From the NCBI GenBank assembly GCA_965235115.1, contig OZ249436.1:27778001-27842000 (forward strand): a stretch of 64,000 nt of DNA, given 5' to 3'. Under the pieces are notes generated by a model. It was given only the letters and a program-made list of their open reading frames with translations. It ran no database searches and was not told where the DNA came from. This stretch comes from Laetmonice hystrix (Eukaryota). Positions within the stretch are counted from its first letter, which is position 1, and every line of letters starts with the position of its first letter. The position numbers and the translations under genes were made by a program. Positions 11,917-26,100 of this stretch are shown in pieces.

Positions 11917-12566
11917 ATGAGCATTAAACTCTCTGACGAGCGACGACCGAACAGTTTCAGTGAAAACTGAATAACTGAAGTCTGATCTTGTTTTAATGCA
12001 TAATAAAGAAACGTAAGTGCCTAACTTTCCATTGCAGAACTATCATCTATACTGTACATGAATAGTGTTGAATGAATTGTGTGGGGAAATTCTTCTACAT
12101 CACTGCTGTTTACTTATACACTGAAAACTTTAGGTCGTCAAGGATTCGTCACATGCTTGTCAAAGTAACAAATTTAGCCTCGTCAAGGACACTGACACAC
12201 TATTGACAAGGTCATTGTCACAAACTCGTCATAAAGTGCGTTGTAACTGCTTAGAATGTCGCTTACTTGACACGTGTTTTACACTTTCGTAACGGATGCC
12301 GACAGGAGTTAGGACACAAAAGAAGGTAAGCACTGCTTGCAGTAATCTAAATAATCTGGTATATAAATGGTGGTATATTGTGTCAGATTATCTGTATATC
12401 GTAGCAGAATGTTCTTTAGACTTGGGTGGGATGTTAATTTTTGTAAAGAATAGAAGGATGCCCCTAAAATTTATTGATTGAAAATAGGCCTCTTGCAAAA
12501 AACCCGACAGTAAAGGCCTTTGTCTGGTATGACAGTTTTGGCGGGACGGAATAGGGGGAGGGCCTA

Positions 12567-14552
12567 AAGTGGTGTTTCCATTAACGCAGCTGCGGCCCGG
12601 CTGCGGCCCGGCGGGCACGGGTACGGCTGATATGGCACGTCGTTGTTTTTAAAGATCATATTCCAAGCTTTTCTCATTATTTTAGGGTTTTCAGCATGCT
12701 GGCGATTAGGTATCCATGTATTATTACTGTTTTATCAGTTGCAAGCTCGGATAAATTGTTTTTATGTGATTTCTGAAAACATAACGCGTTCCGAAGAGGC
12801 CCGCATCGCAGCTGATTTTCACATGTACACCGCAATGTGGCAGTGTGACGTCAAAAGTGCCTGGGCTTGTTGTTGGAGCTGGAAACACACCCTGACACAG
12901 CTCGGAAAATGTCGAGTAACGATGAGACAGGCCTAGACGGTACGGTTGATCTGAGCTTACATCTTCAGGGATATATGTATGGGCCAGGTAGGCCCCACAA
13001 TCATGTACAAGAAGAGAACAATTTTTCTGAATCGAGTCAATCGACTGAGGACTCGACTGAAGAAGAGCCAGCACCCGATGCCCAAGCAGAAGATGCTGGG
13101 TCGGAGCTCGGGGAAGCTGGTGTCTCGGCTGCTGCTATAAAGGCAGAGTAACCATAGAGGACTACCAACTGTATTTCGATTATCTTGGATACTACAGGTT
13201 ATTCTATAAGCTAGTCTAGTGCTTTTATCAGGTCTACGAGTACCAGGGAATCTCCCCTGGGACAGGGAGGGGTGTGACACACTGACCCCGCCGAGGGCTC
13301 AGCAGGCAGCAGTGACTGCTCGGTCCCCCGCTGACTGCTCCGTCCCACTACACACACAGGTGGTACGGGTGCCCTTCCCGGGCAGAAAACATGGGTGCAT
13401 CCGCGCGGTATTTAATTCTAATATACATCAACAAATAACATTCCATCCTCATAATATGTTTACTGGTATGTAGTTTTCGGGGCCCTGCCTAAATAATTTA
13501 CTATTGACCAGGCAAACGCCATGCAACCTGACAGACTGCGACAGCTGCATCCTGTATGATGATAAGCTCTTACCTCGAGATTGTTTTCGTCTGGGTTTCG
13601 GATTCTTCTGTGCAAACGTCAAGATGGTTGGCACAGCATCCTTTTTCAAGTAGATTTTTTCAGGCTTGAAGCCAACTGACTTTAGAACTTGTGGATCAAC
13701 TGAGAATGCATCCGCTGGAGTAAGATGTTGGTGTCCATGCCGCACGCTTACATTTCTCTATCCACACTTTGCGGAGCTTTGGATCCTCAGGAAATTTGAA
13801 AAAACTTCTTCCAGGGGACGACCTATTGCTGCAGCCAATTGCAGCACAACAAACCATCGCGGTAAACTCAAAAGTTTGTGGTAGAACGAAAAATAAACGA
13901 GGTAAGCGGGTGACAGCCAAGTAGAGCCAAGCATAAAGCCTATAGAGAACTAACTGATGCCAGGGCGGCTGCTGCTGCTGGTGGCACATTTGACGTCATG
14001 ACCCAGTTGCAATCTGAAACCCCCCAGATGGAGGTTGGGGGAATTTTTATGGCCCTGCTGGGTTATAAAAGTCGCTTTTACAGGAAACTTCTAAATGTAG
14101 CCAGACTGAAACAATCGGGGACTGTTACAATCAGGGTCAGAGTTTATAGTCATCTAGGTTTTAAAAGCTTGGAATATGATCTTTAAAGGTGCGGCCCGGC
14201 TGCGTCTCAATGCGGTTGGTATAGAGTCATAGGACAGCCACGTGCCGAATCGATAAGTTTTTAATTAAGTTTTTGGATATCTTGCTTGCTGATCACGTGA
14301 GGCATGGTGCCATCCATTTTTTGAGTGAAGAACATGCACGTGACCACCTAGGATCAAGGGGATCCCTCATGCGGGTCATCTGCGGCTGTGCTCGAATCGC
14401 TCCATGACGCGATCGGGAACAGCCGCATGCGACGCCCGTATGGGTCCCGTACGGAGATCGCATTAATGGAAACACCTACATTAAAAACAACGACGTGCGA
14501 TATCAGCCGTACCCGTGCCCGGACCGCAGCCGCGTTAATGGAAACACCGCTT
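12567..14552. mobile_element. Same MITE, second unit
   Basis: Same TIRs as 4271-6276. Confidence 0.7.
12653..14182 (-). mobile_element. Kolobok-like element, second unit
   Basis: Same TIR, TTAA and THAP remnant; 20 bp shorter than the first copy. Confidence 0.8.
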
Positions 14553-15543
14553 CACACTGATTAGGCCTGGGCTAGGGTTTATGGAATTCTTGGATCCGCA
14601 CCTGGTTATAGCCTAATGTAGGGAGGGGGGATAATAATCGAGCCCTCCTCACATTTCAGTTCCATCACCCCTGTTAATAAGTCCCCTGTCTCCTTTTCTT
14701 GTAACCAGAACCTTCCCGGTCATTTTTTTCTGTTCTTTTAAAGTAATCTTCCAGTTTACCAAAAAATTAGATAGCCTCCTCGAATTAACAGGGTCGGCCA
14801 AGATAAGTAAGGCCAGTTTCTTTAAATGACATGACAATTGAAGGTCCAGAACATATACCGGTATTAACATTTTACTTGTGTATTTCAGGACTGAGAAAGC
14901 CGTGGAAGAACAAGCATGAGCAAATCGTGTGAAAAAAGCTGTAGAAGATCAGTGAGAGACTGTCGATGTATTGCAGTAAAAAAGAACTATTTCTTCACAT
15001 CTACTATACAGTTAGTGAACTAATATGGACGTGTTTAACGTGGGAGGAGGGTTCTTTGATTTTATATTTCATGGAAAAAAAGAGTAGTGTGAGACTGTTG
15101 ATGATGTCTTAAAGTTAAAAAGACAAACTGGCTATTTTATTAGTTATAAAGTATGTCCCAGCGTCAAAGCAGTGTATATGGAAAACGTGAAATATAGGCA
15201 TTTTACTATCTACATCTGTCAAGTTGTTTGTTTTGTCTTAAAAACCTTTAAATAGTTTATTTGAATGTTTTTCTTCTCAGTGTGTTGCAGACGTTTTTTT
15301 TTTCTTTTCAGACATTGGCATGGATAACAGGTCAATGATTTATGGAGTGCATCCAGTGTAGTTTTTGACAAGGTAGTGTTCTTGACGAGTTTTTGACAAG
15401 GTGACAAGTTAAAACTTGTTTTAGCCACCGTCAGATTGACAAGCCAAAACTGCTAAAAGTCTAAAAAAAAACTGGCATATGCTACTCTTATAATTTAGCA
15501 ATACCATATTTTAACTTGTGTCTGTTTCCAAAGTAAAACCGCT

Positions 15544-18500
15544 CTATTTTTCAGCGTTACGAATAGCCCAGGTCATAAAGTAGGTTTTCGAGGCGTCGAC
15601 GTAACTAGAAGCGATGCCACTTCCATCTCTGGTGCGCACGGCCTGTAAGAAATGTTCCACTTCCGTCATGTACGGGTCGTCATCCGGAAAGGTGAGCACT
15701 TCCTCCTCTTCACTCCCCGACCTGCGCACGCGCACGGTACAGGCGCTCGTGTACGGATCGTCCAGAACCAATCGCATACCGTCCATTATCACCTCAACCT
15801 GGGCTTCGTATCTGTTTAAAGGAAGGTCAAACACGGCAATGGTCTGAAACTTTTGAAGAATACCTCTTATATGACCATCGTTTTCCAATATTATATAACA
15901 GTCATGAGTCTAAACTAGGTACAACTCTCATCATTTTCTTCCGAATAATGATCAAGAAAGCGGGGGAAAGGCGATAGTCTTTTTCAATTCAATGGTAATT
16001 GCGTGTATCTGATTTTCCCCGCAAATTTTACAAGGAAATATTTTAACATAGAGAAGATATCACGTCGTTTTGTTAAGTGCATGTATCTAGGCCAAACCCT
16101 TCTAAAAGTAGTCCACCAAATATTCCACCACGAATTTGAAACTTTAAGTTCTAGGCCCCTATATATTTGCATAATTTAAAGTAGGCCTGGATATGACCTG
16201 TAGGCAACAGGCGCGGATCCAGGAATTTTTGCAGGGGGGGGGGGGCGAAAGATGCGAGCCGCTGGAGGAGGGGGCAAAAAGTCTGGGGCCCTTCCCCGAT
16301 AACATAGCAAAAACCTAAGTTGGTACTGAGCAGGGGGGGGGGGGCGGACCCCCTGGACCACCCCCCCGGATCCGCGCCTGGGCAAATCGGTATGTCAAAT
16401 CAGAGAACGAGGGGCGGATCCATGGGTTTGATAAAGGATTTGATTAAATCAGCACACTGTTTCAAAAAAAATTCTGTTTAAAATCTGTTTAAGGGATTGT
16501 CAAACACGGCAATGGTCAGAAACTTTTGAAGAATACTTCTACCTCTTATGTGATCATCGTTTTCCAATATTATATAACAGATGATCGCCATTCTTCTTAT
16601 AATTCTAAACTAGGTACAACTCTCATCATTTTCTTCCGAATAATGACCAAGAAAGCGGGGGAAAGGCGATAGTCTTTTTCAATTCAATGGGAATTACGTG
16701 TATTGGATTTTATGCAGTCAAACTCGGAGAACGGGAATGCTTTGCTGTAGGTTACATTTTATTCACATACATAGTAACCCGTTGATCACCCCATGCAATG
16801 GGGGACTCTACAAACATTATAATATGGTAAATGATAAATCTATATAAGGTGTAACTGATATATGTAACAACATAACAATACTATAGTAATATAATACATA
16901 ACCGATAATACATTATATGGAAATACATAGTCCAAAATACATAGATATAGGTATAGTAATGCCTTATTAGGTGGAGACAATGCCCACAACATCCAGGAAC
17001 CCAAATACATCCCTATCCAACCAAACTGAGAAAAGAACTCGGGCAGCCATGCTGACCCCAAGCCAAACCCAGTAGGTCTACATAAAAACATAATTTAAAC
17101 CAGGCAAAGGCGTTGAAACATGGAGGAGTCGGGGCGGAGGTGGGCCGTCTGATTGCCACGAAGCTTCCAAAGGTAGAGAACTCGACTCTTCTGCTCGGTT
17201 GTATTTATACCCTCCGGATCGTCTCCCAAGTCGCCTTCGTCATTTCCGACCCAGACCGCGCGAGAGGCGAGAACCAAGATGGTGGTTAACGGGAGTACAG
17301 CTATTGTTTACATTACCTCGACAATACATACTGAGCACATGACATGGGTCCTAGATACATATGTGCGAGTACCTATACTAATATACCTACGCAAACCCCT
17401 CGTTTCTCCTCCATAAATGATCCCGGCTCTTTGGCGCCGAGCTCGGATTTATGCAGTCAAACTCGGAGAACGGGAATGCTTTGCTGTAGGTTACATTTTA
17501 TTCACATACATAGTAACCCGTTGATCACCCCATGCAATGGGGGACTCTACAAACATTATAATATGGTAAATGATAAATCTATATAAGGTGTAACTGATAT
17601 ATGTAACAACATAACAATACTATAGTAATATAATACATAACCGATAATACATTATATGGAAATACATAGTCCAAAATACATAGATATAGGTATAGTAATG
17701 CCTTATTAGGTGGAGACAATGCCACTAAGCGGAATCGAAGATGAAGCTGGAGCCACCAAAGAAGGCAGGAGAAAAGACTCCTAACGCGACCCGCTGACAC
17801 CGCCCCAGGAGCCAAATCTACGCATCACCGTCAGACACAACTTGGAAATTAGGCACAGATCATCTCCTGGCCTAAACGAACGGATAGCGGAACCCATCAT
17901 CATCCAGTCCGATTAGGGGCATCTGGTGTACCTGCAACAAGCATATCAAGGCTTTGAATCATAAGACATACGGAAGAAGACCTTAGATCCTTGGAGTCAA
18001 CATCATAACGTCAGGTTAACAAGTTATAACACCCAGCTGCTTGACCAAACAGGAAGCACCCACCATTAAACTCCATTACACCATACTTACTTATCCTGGG
18101 AAATTGTGATAGACTGAGAAACTGGTGGAAAAACGTGACGGTATCCCATTCTACCACCTGGGACCATACTATAAATATTTAATAATAAATAACCGAACCG
18201 GGCAACAATCCAAACTTCCTCGTCATTGAACCGGGCGACAAAGCTGCCTCGTCACTGCACCGGACAACATTCCAATTAAAGCTTACTTCATCCACCTCCT
18301 TCAACGCGTCGTCTATCTAGCCGCCCCCGAGCACTTACCTACCACTTTGTACGGTACCAAACTAGTACCCACCAGACAGCTACAGAGCCCAACATTTAAT
18401 GATACACGGATCGTAACGTAAGCATAAGGTAACGTAAAAAGGGAAGACTACTGGAATAACAAATACTGGAGGTGAAGGACGCGCAAACGTAGCAGGAACC

Positions 18501-21500
18501 ATGAAAGTCGTAGTCAAAAACCGTGGAATCTGTTCACGCTTGGGAGTCCAACATACATCCAACATCGGATCTCTTGGGCCCGGGAGGTTTCCCAAAACTT
18601 AAAAAGATAACTGATCTTCGTATATACACATACACATAATAACCACATAACCACATCACATACACATAATAACCACAGGATCACATGAACAAGTTAAAGG
18701 CCTTGATATCCGAGACCAACCACAAACATGGGTTAAGCCTATACGCGGCAAGTATTCCACATACCTACAAGAAATACATTCCATAGAGATGGTAACTAAA
18801 GGAACCACTAAACCAAAACAACCTCTGAACCATACCGAACCCTGAATAATATAATTCGACACTCAGCCCTTCGAACAACATCACAGGTTCAAAACACGGG
18901 GAATTGACCTACCCACATCAGTAAACCTCCAAAGTCAACCGAAGACACATACTCAGCCAAACGTATCAGGAACCCTGAAAGTCGTAGTCAAAAACCGTGG
19001 AAACGCTTCACGCTTGGGAGTCCAACATACATCCAACATCGGATCTCTTGGGCCCGGGAGGGTTCCCAAAACTTAAAAAGATAACTGATCTCCGTATATA
19101 CACATACACATAATAACCACATAACCACATCACATACACATAATAACCACAGGATCATATGAACAAGTTAAAGGCCTTGATATCCGAGACCAACCACAAA
19201 CATGGGTTAAGCCTATACACATAATAACCACATATCCACATCACATACACATAATAACCACAGGATCACATGAACAAGTTAAAGGCCTTGATATCCGAGA
19301 CCAACCACAAACATGGGTTAAGCCTCTACGCGGCAAGTATTCCACATACCTACAAGAAAGACATTCCATAGAGATGGTAACTAAAGGAACCTCTAAACCA
19401 AAACAACCTCTGAACCATACCGAACCTTGAATAATATAAATCAACACTCAGCCTTCGAACAACATCACAGGTTCAAAACACGGGGAATTGACCTTACCCA
19501 CATCAGTAAACCTCCAAAGTCTACCAAAGACACATACTCAGCCTTCCATCAGCTCTTATCAGTACAAATGAATGTGTAAATATAGAATACGTCCCACGAC
19601 CCATGCACCAAAGCCATATGCTCAGCCTGTCGTCCACCTAAAATGGAAAATAACAAAAGACCGAAGAAACATCTGGCAGAGGAATAATAGTTACTGCCCT
19701 ATGACAAATACAATCAACTCAATATAAAAAAAATTGCATAAATTCCGCTTATACATTATGACAAATCAAATTAACCACCCAATAATACGATAATACTTAT
19801 TACCTTTATAGTTAACATTGAAATTATATAGTTAGACGAAATTACGATAAATATATAATATAATTATAGCCCTCAACACAAAGTAAAAACTAAATAGGCA
19901 ACATTTAACTAAGGTGACAACCCTGACTGACATTGTTAATAATTTTATCGAAGATACCTAATATTACCAAATTAACAAAATAGTACATTGAAAATTTGAC
20001 AGATAATTTACAAAGTTAATGAACAAGATATTTAAGTGCAGGCGGTCCCACCATAGCCTGAAGGCGAGGCAGATCCAAAAAGCGTAAACACATAGTACAC
20101 ACTAAAATACAGTAGAAGTGACCTGACTTACTAACACAACCTACCGACCTAAAATGACTTCTTGAACAACTTTAAAACAAGAAAATAAAGATTCAGCCCT
20201 AATCCTCGAAAAAGGCAGAGCGGAGGGGACATCCCCTCGCATCCATATACATAGGTACCCATCGATCACCCATCATGGGGACTAGAAGTACAATGCACCA
20301 AAGGATGTGGCAGCCTGCGGAAACCAGGCACATCTGCCGTAAAACAACTTGTAATATAACGGGGATGACGGAACCGAAGGGACCACACCGTCGACCCCAA
20401 GGTAATCCTATCAAGGGAGGACAGAACCCCACGGAACACGACACCACCCCCCCCCCCAACCAAGTTAACACAACCACAAGGGAAGGCGGAACCGAAGGGA
20501 CCACACACCGTCAACCCCACGGAACACGGCCCCATCCCCCAACCAAGTTAACACAACCACAAGGGAAAGCGGAACCGAAGGGACCACACACCGTCAACCC
20601 CACGGAACACGACACCACCCCCCAACCAAGTTAACACAACCACAAGGGAAAGCGGAACCGAAGGGACCACACACCGTCAACCCCACGGAACACGGCCCCA
20701 TCCCCCAACCAAGTTAACACAACCACAAGGGAAGGCGGAACCGAAGGGACCACACACCGTCAACCCCACGGAACACGGCCCCATCCCCCAACCAAGTTAA
20801 CACAACCACAAGGGAAAGCGGAACCGAAGGGACCACACACCGTCAACCCCACGGAACACGGCCCCATCCCCCAACCAAGTTAACACCACCACAAGGGAAG
20901 GCGGAACCGAAGGGACCACACACCGTCAACCCCACGGAACACGGCCCCATCCCCCAACCAAGTTAACACAACCACAAGGGAAAGCGGAACCGAAGGGACC
21001 ACACACCGTCAACCCCACGGAACACGGCCCCATCCCCCAACCAAGTTAACACAACCACAAGGGAAGGCGGAACCGAAGGGACCACACACCGTATGTTATA
21101 CCACATTAAGCCCACATCAGCAGAGCCCCGTTATTCGTAAACACAACACCCCCCCCCCACACCCCCCTCCTCCAACACACACACACACACCTCACTAACA
21201 CGAGGAAGGGTGGGGTGGGGTGGGTCTACAAACTATTGGCAAAATACTTAAACGACAAAACCTTTCAGATGAGGTGGTAGCTAAATCTACACGCCTATTA
21301 ATCAGGGGCAATTAGATTAAATGATGTAAATCCTGAAACAGAGGGACAGGTAGTCTGCCTAGTAAGGTTCAGGGGACAACTAAACTCAAAAATACAAAAT
21401 CAAATACTTACAAATGGATAGACTCAAAACAAAGCAACCACAAGGAGTGAATACCAAACTACTACATAGAAAATAACATTGACGAAATCCCCCCTACCAT

Positions 21501-24500
21501 GCGACTGCATCAATGAACCACACTGAACAGTGAGGGGCACCTGTCCAGATCCAGATATAATATCAGGGATAAGCCACTCGTTGGCTACAAGAGAAAGAAA
21601 ATTATCAGCGACACTAAATTAGAGTCCAACAAGTCAGGTAAAATTACATTCATCAAACCATCTCCAAAGCTTATCAGGTTAAAGCTGGTGCCAATACATC
21701 CAGATTAATCTGTCCACCGTAAATAAATACTTCTACCCGAATAACAGCACCACGTACCGCTCGAATACCAGCGCAGCATACCCACGTCCAAAAAGCACCC
21801 CAAGCAAACGGCAAGAAGCATTGCCGCCAAGCGATAAACACTGTATTTAACATAATCTAGGGAGGGCACTTCGAAAACCATACCAACTGTTGCAATTAGG
21901 AGCAGCAGTAAACGCCTATATAAGACGGGACTAGAAAAATTAAAGAACACCCGGCGTGTCAAGTTACAGCAGTTCACTGGTCAAGTCCCAAACCACCGAA
22001 GGACACAACATAACTTCTACCAACCTTCAACCCCACATAGTGAGGACTAGCGAAAAACACCAACTCCACGACAATGTAGGCCTACCTCACACTTTTACGA
22101 GCCTACCCCCACCATGATACACCACGTGGCAGGACAAACCGTTGTATAAGCTCAACCTTGGTACCGAACGCTATTACCCTACTCAACACGGAGTAAACCA
22201 CGGTAAAACAAAACTGAAATTATCGTACCCCCACTACCATTCTGGGACAAATACGTACACAAAATTACACAACATAGCACCGCCGACGTCGTCAGTCGCC
22301 CTCAATGTGTGGTGAACTAAAATAACTACAAACTCGTAACACAAATTGTCTACCAGGAGCTTCAAGTAGGCTAGCCGAGCCCGAACCACAAAGGTCAGGT
22401 CGACCACGTGGAAGCGACTGTGCGTCCTGCAACACTGCATGTGACTATTTCAGACACACATAAATACTGGGTACCGGTCTATAATACAGCCTCGAAAGAC
22501 GAATAACTGGAACTGTTTTAGACATAACACCTGCATATAGCCATTATAGGTGTCAAACACAAGGCAAATATAAGAAACAGTCGACAAACCACGTTCCACC
22601 GTATACTTGAAACGAAGTCCCAACCATAGAACGAACTCACCCGATGTGTGGGGAACGAATCCGTCTGATTGCCACGAAGCTTCCAAAGGTAGAGAACTCG
22701 ACTCTTCTGCTCGGTTGTATTTATACCCTCCGGATCATCTCCCAAGTCGCCTTCGTCATTTCCGACCCAGACCGCGCGAGAGGCGAGAACCAAGATGGTG
22801 GTTAACGGGAGTACAGCTATTGTTTACATTACCTCGACAATACATACTGAGCACATGACATGGGTCCTAGATACATATGTGCGAGTACCTATACTAATAT
22901 ACCTACGCAAACCCCTCGTTTCTCCTCCATAAATGATCCCGGCTCTTTGGCGCCGAGCTCGGATTTCCCCGCAAATTTTACAAGGAAATATTTTAACATA
23001 GAGAAGATATCATGTCGTTTTGTTAAGTGACCGTATCTATAGGCCAAACCCTTCTAAAAGTAGTCCACCAAATATTCCACTACGAATGTGAAACTTTAAG
23101 TTCTAGGCCCCTATATATTTGCATAATTCAAAGTAGGCCTGGATATGGTAAATCGGTATGTCAAATCGGAGAACGAGGGGCGGATCTATGGGTTTGATAA
23201 AGGAATTAAATCAGCACACTGTTTTAAAAAAAATTCGAGTCGTAATGAAATGTCGTAAACCAACAACTACTTCTTGTCGTGTAGTGCAACAGTGTGAAGA
23301 AGACAGCCGACCCCGCCACTTGTGAACTTCCACTGTGATACGGTAACTCGGGGAGCACGGGCAGAATCGGGAAGACCCACGTCACAGCCGGCCGGAACCT
23401 TAGGAAAGACAATATCTGATCAAACCCAGCTATATATGACATTAAATGTAGTATAATACAGCTGGATTTATTTAGGCTGTATGCTTATATTCACTCCTGT
23501 CTTTTCAGTAACGAGGTTAGAAAAAAGAAAACTAGGAAGGGCGTGCGGAGGCCTTTCAAAGGAAGCAATTGTTAATCATGAAGATCAGCAGTGGTCTAAG
23601 ACCCTACTCAAGTACGGAGGGTGCACAGGCAGCCCTTTGCCCACATTCTTATTCCATTATGGGCTATACTTTACCCAGTATTCGGTATTCGGGCTCTACC
23701 CTCACTATTCAAAGTGATCTAATCCTGCATGGTATCCTTACCTTAGCCAAACTGCCAGCAGAACCTGCCCCATCGTCTCGTACACAGACAGTTTGCACCG
23801 AATTATTGACGATATCTCCTGCCAGGTAGCGCGCAACGTCACACAGGTGAGTGGCCTGTTCTACAATCGGCCCACCACTGCATCGGATGTCCCACCTTAG
23901 AAACAAGAAACGCAAAGTTTGGAATACCTCACAATCATATGGGCGGTGGGGGGGGGGGGGGCTAATTCTATCAGGTTGCCATAAATTACCAATAATGGTA
24001 AACGTGCAGAATAGCAGACCTTCGTTGTTGCCTCTGAAAATTAGCACAAAAGAGGAGGGCGTGTCTTACGTTAGAGCACCTCTTGACTTACCAGTACGCA
24101 TTGTCTGCGTGTTCGTATGCGAAAATATAACGCGCGTTGAGAGCCATCACGTGACCACCGTGCTGGTCAATCAGCTCCTTCATCTTCCTCACGGCTGCAT
24201 GATACCTAGGAACGTAGAATTGCAACCGGTGTCACATTTTGAAACTTCCACCATTGTAGAAGTTCCATGTTAATTTGGTACTTTGATTCCCGGATGGACT
24301 GTGTAGGGTTCCCAGTGGATTGACGCCCACTGTGCCGTTCTGAAAGTTCTTTGGTAGACTTTGATACGTGATCAAATTTCGGAAGTTATATCCGTAAAAC
24401 AAAGTTTTCCTTCCGCGAGGTTAACTCCTTTTAAACTCTGGAGACTATTAGGCAAATAGTGGTGAATGGGAGTAACTTTTACCACGAGATGATGTTTTTA

Positions 24501-25639
24501 AGTTGCCTCTTCCCCCCACAATAATCTTCGATCTCGAATGAAAAATGCATGTTTTCCCACACACCGTGAAAACCAAGGTCTCTTGTCCCCCATAATAATA
24601 TGCGGAATTGAAGCACGGAATTGATCCCCGGACCCACACCCATTCTCATAGCGTAAAGTATCAACGTCCATACCCAGTCAGCCATCGCCACTTCCATAAA
24701 CAAGGAAGCTTTGGTGGTCGAGCAGCTCAATGGACCCTCCCCCTAGACACATCTTCCGACATATGATTTCTACGGAACATTCCACTCTTACGGGGTTGTG
24801 TCAAAGGGGGTCAAAAGGACGCAGCAGGTTAAACATACCACTAGACCTATATGTGCAACTAACCTGAACATGTAGCCTACGGATACGATGACCCCAGTCT
24901 CTGCCTGAGCAGACATCATTGCCTCAACATACGCCTTGAAGTTGTCACCCTTGGCCAACGACAGCGGCTTCTCAACGAATACATGGACGCCCTTACGGAC
25001 ACATTGTAATTCGAGATCTTTTCCATCTTCCAACGAACCTCTGCATGATTGAGTTTTCCTTGTTAGTATACAAAGAGACGTCAGTATGACAGGCTAGCCA
25101 GGTCGCCAGCAGCTATAGCCACAGTTATCTAGGCCATATCACAACTGATGGTCATGACAAAGTCGCTGGTAGATAAAGTGCCGCAGCCCGTATATATAGT
25201 GACCCTCTTCCCCTCTTCCCAACCTGAGCTTCTTAACAACGTACTAATAATAAAATCAAATGTGATAAGAAAAATTGCAATCCGTCAAAGAGGTTTGACC
25301 CTCAATACCGAATGCAGTCAATGGTCAATAAGAAACTTGGAAACTTTCTGACCTTACGAACGGAGGTGTGCCGATGATAACCACATCGGGCCTGCTGTGT
25401 TGGAGCAGGTCATTGGTTGAGCTGTACACCTGACAACCCTCATATATCCTAGCATGGACCCCGGCCCTACGTCTGGTTAGTGCCGTGTGGGCGACTTCCG
25501 GCAGAGGGTCGACGATTGCCACTATCTCCACATTGGGTAGTTGTTCTAGACGAGAGGCGTGGTCCCAAGGCCCCTCACCGCCTCCAAAGTTCACCTTCCC
25601 GGCGCCTATAAACGCGACACGGAGGCAGCGCTCGGACAT
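15544..25639 (-). CDS. Oxidoreductase copy C, 6 exons; intron 5 holds the 6.25-kb split-repeat element
   Basis: Exons 25639-25353, 25040-24864, 24205-24092, 23895-23742, 23398-23271, 15811-15544. Exon lengths and splice sites match copy B. Confidence 0.85.
16208..16380. mobile_element. Poly-G/C MITE (duplicate of 7925-8095)
   Basis: Same TIR and GGCAA TSD. Confidence 0.8.
18480..19545. repeat. Internal tandem duplication (~475-bp unit, second copy with extra ~110-bp sub-duplication)
   Basis: gaaagtcgtagtcaaaaaccgtgg at ~18503 and ~18978. cacataataaccacaggatca occurs three times. Near-identical ORFs 18656-18862 and 19241-19447. Confidence 0.85.
20370..21091. repeat. 83-bp minisatellite inside the split-repeat element
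   Basis: ggaaccgaagggaccacacaccgtc starts at 20488, 20571, 20654, 20737, 20820, 20903, 20986 and 21069 (period 83), with a degenerate lead-in at 20370. Confidence 0.95.
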
Positions 25640-26100
25640 CGTCGTCTTCGTCGTCTTACCTCGGAGGCTGTAGTTTCTGAAATGGGACTGCGCGGGCAAC
25701 ATGCGCGAAGTCTTAGGGACAACTGTGTCAAGTGCGTTATTCTTGGGTGATATCCGAGGTCCACAGATATGGTAAAGGTGACTTTGGCAGTTAAAAACGA
25801 GTGGAAAATAAAGGGACTTCTTTTCTGAAGGCTGGAAGGAGTATACCTTTTTAAAAGTATCAACTTTCTGCATTATATGTTATATGAGGAATATTAATAA
25901 ACTATATTGAAGAGTGGCGGATCTTTGTCAGTTTGTGTCTCCCTAAAGACAGCCCGCTCCAGCCCGCTGACCAAGGACTTCGCCAAGGATAAGACACGTG
26001 GCTATGAGTAATTGATTGTCGTGCACCAGAATCACGGGCGCTGCTGAGAGTGACAGTGCTGCCGCCTGCTGGAGACCTCATACATTGCATGAGGATTAAA

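Larger units (their letters stand above)
16712..22963 (-). mobile_element. Non-autonomous tyrosine-recombinase-type (Ngaro/PAT-like) retroelement with split direct repeats
   Basis: A1 22963-22661 matches A2 17447-17145 (303 bp). B1 17723-17451 matches B2 16984-16712 (273 bp). Order is A1-internal-B1-A2-spacer-B2. The empty site is visible at ~8416-8432 (gtattggattttccccgc). No TSD and no long ORF. Confidence 0.8.

Noticed and set aside
20370..21091. CRISPR array
   Set aside because: Contiguous near-identical 83-bp units with no unique spacers, no cas genes, eukaryotic context.
16712..22963. Conventional LTR retrotransposon or Penelope/retrozyme
   Set aside because: No TG..CA termini or TSD, the repeats are split, and I found no CTGAnGA..GAAA hammerhead core by eye.
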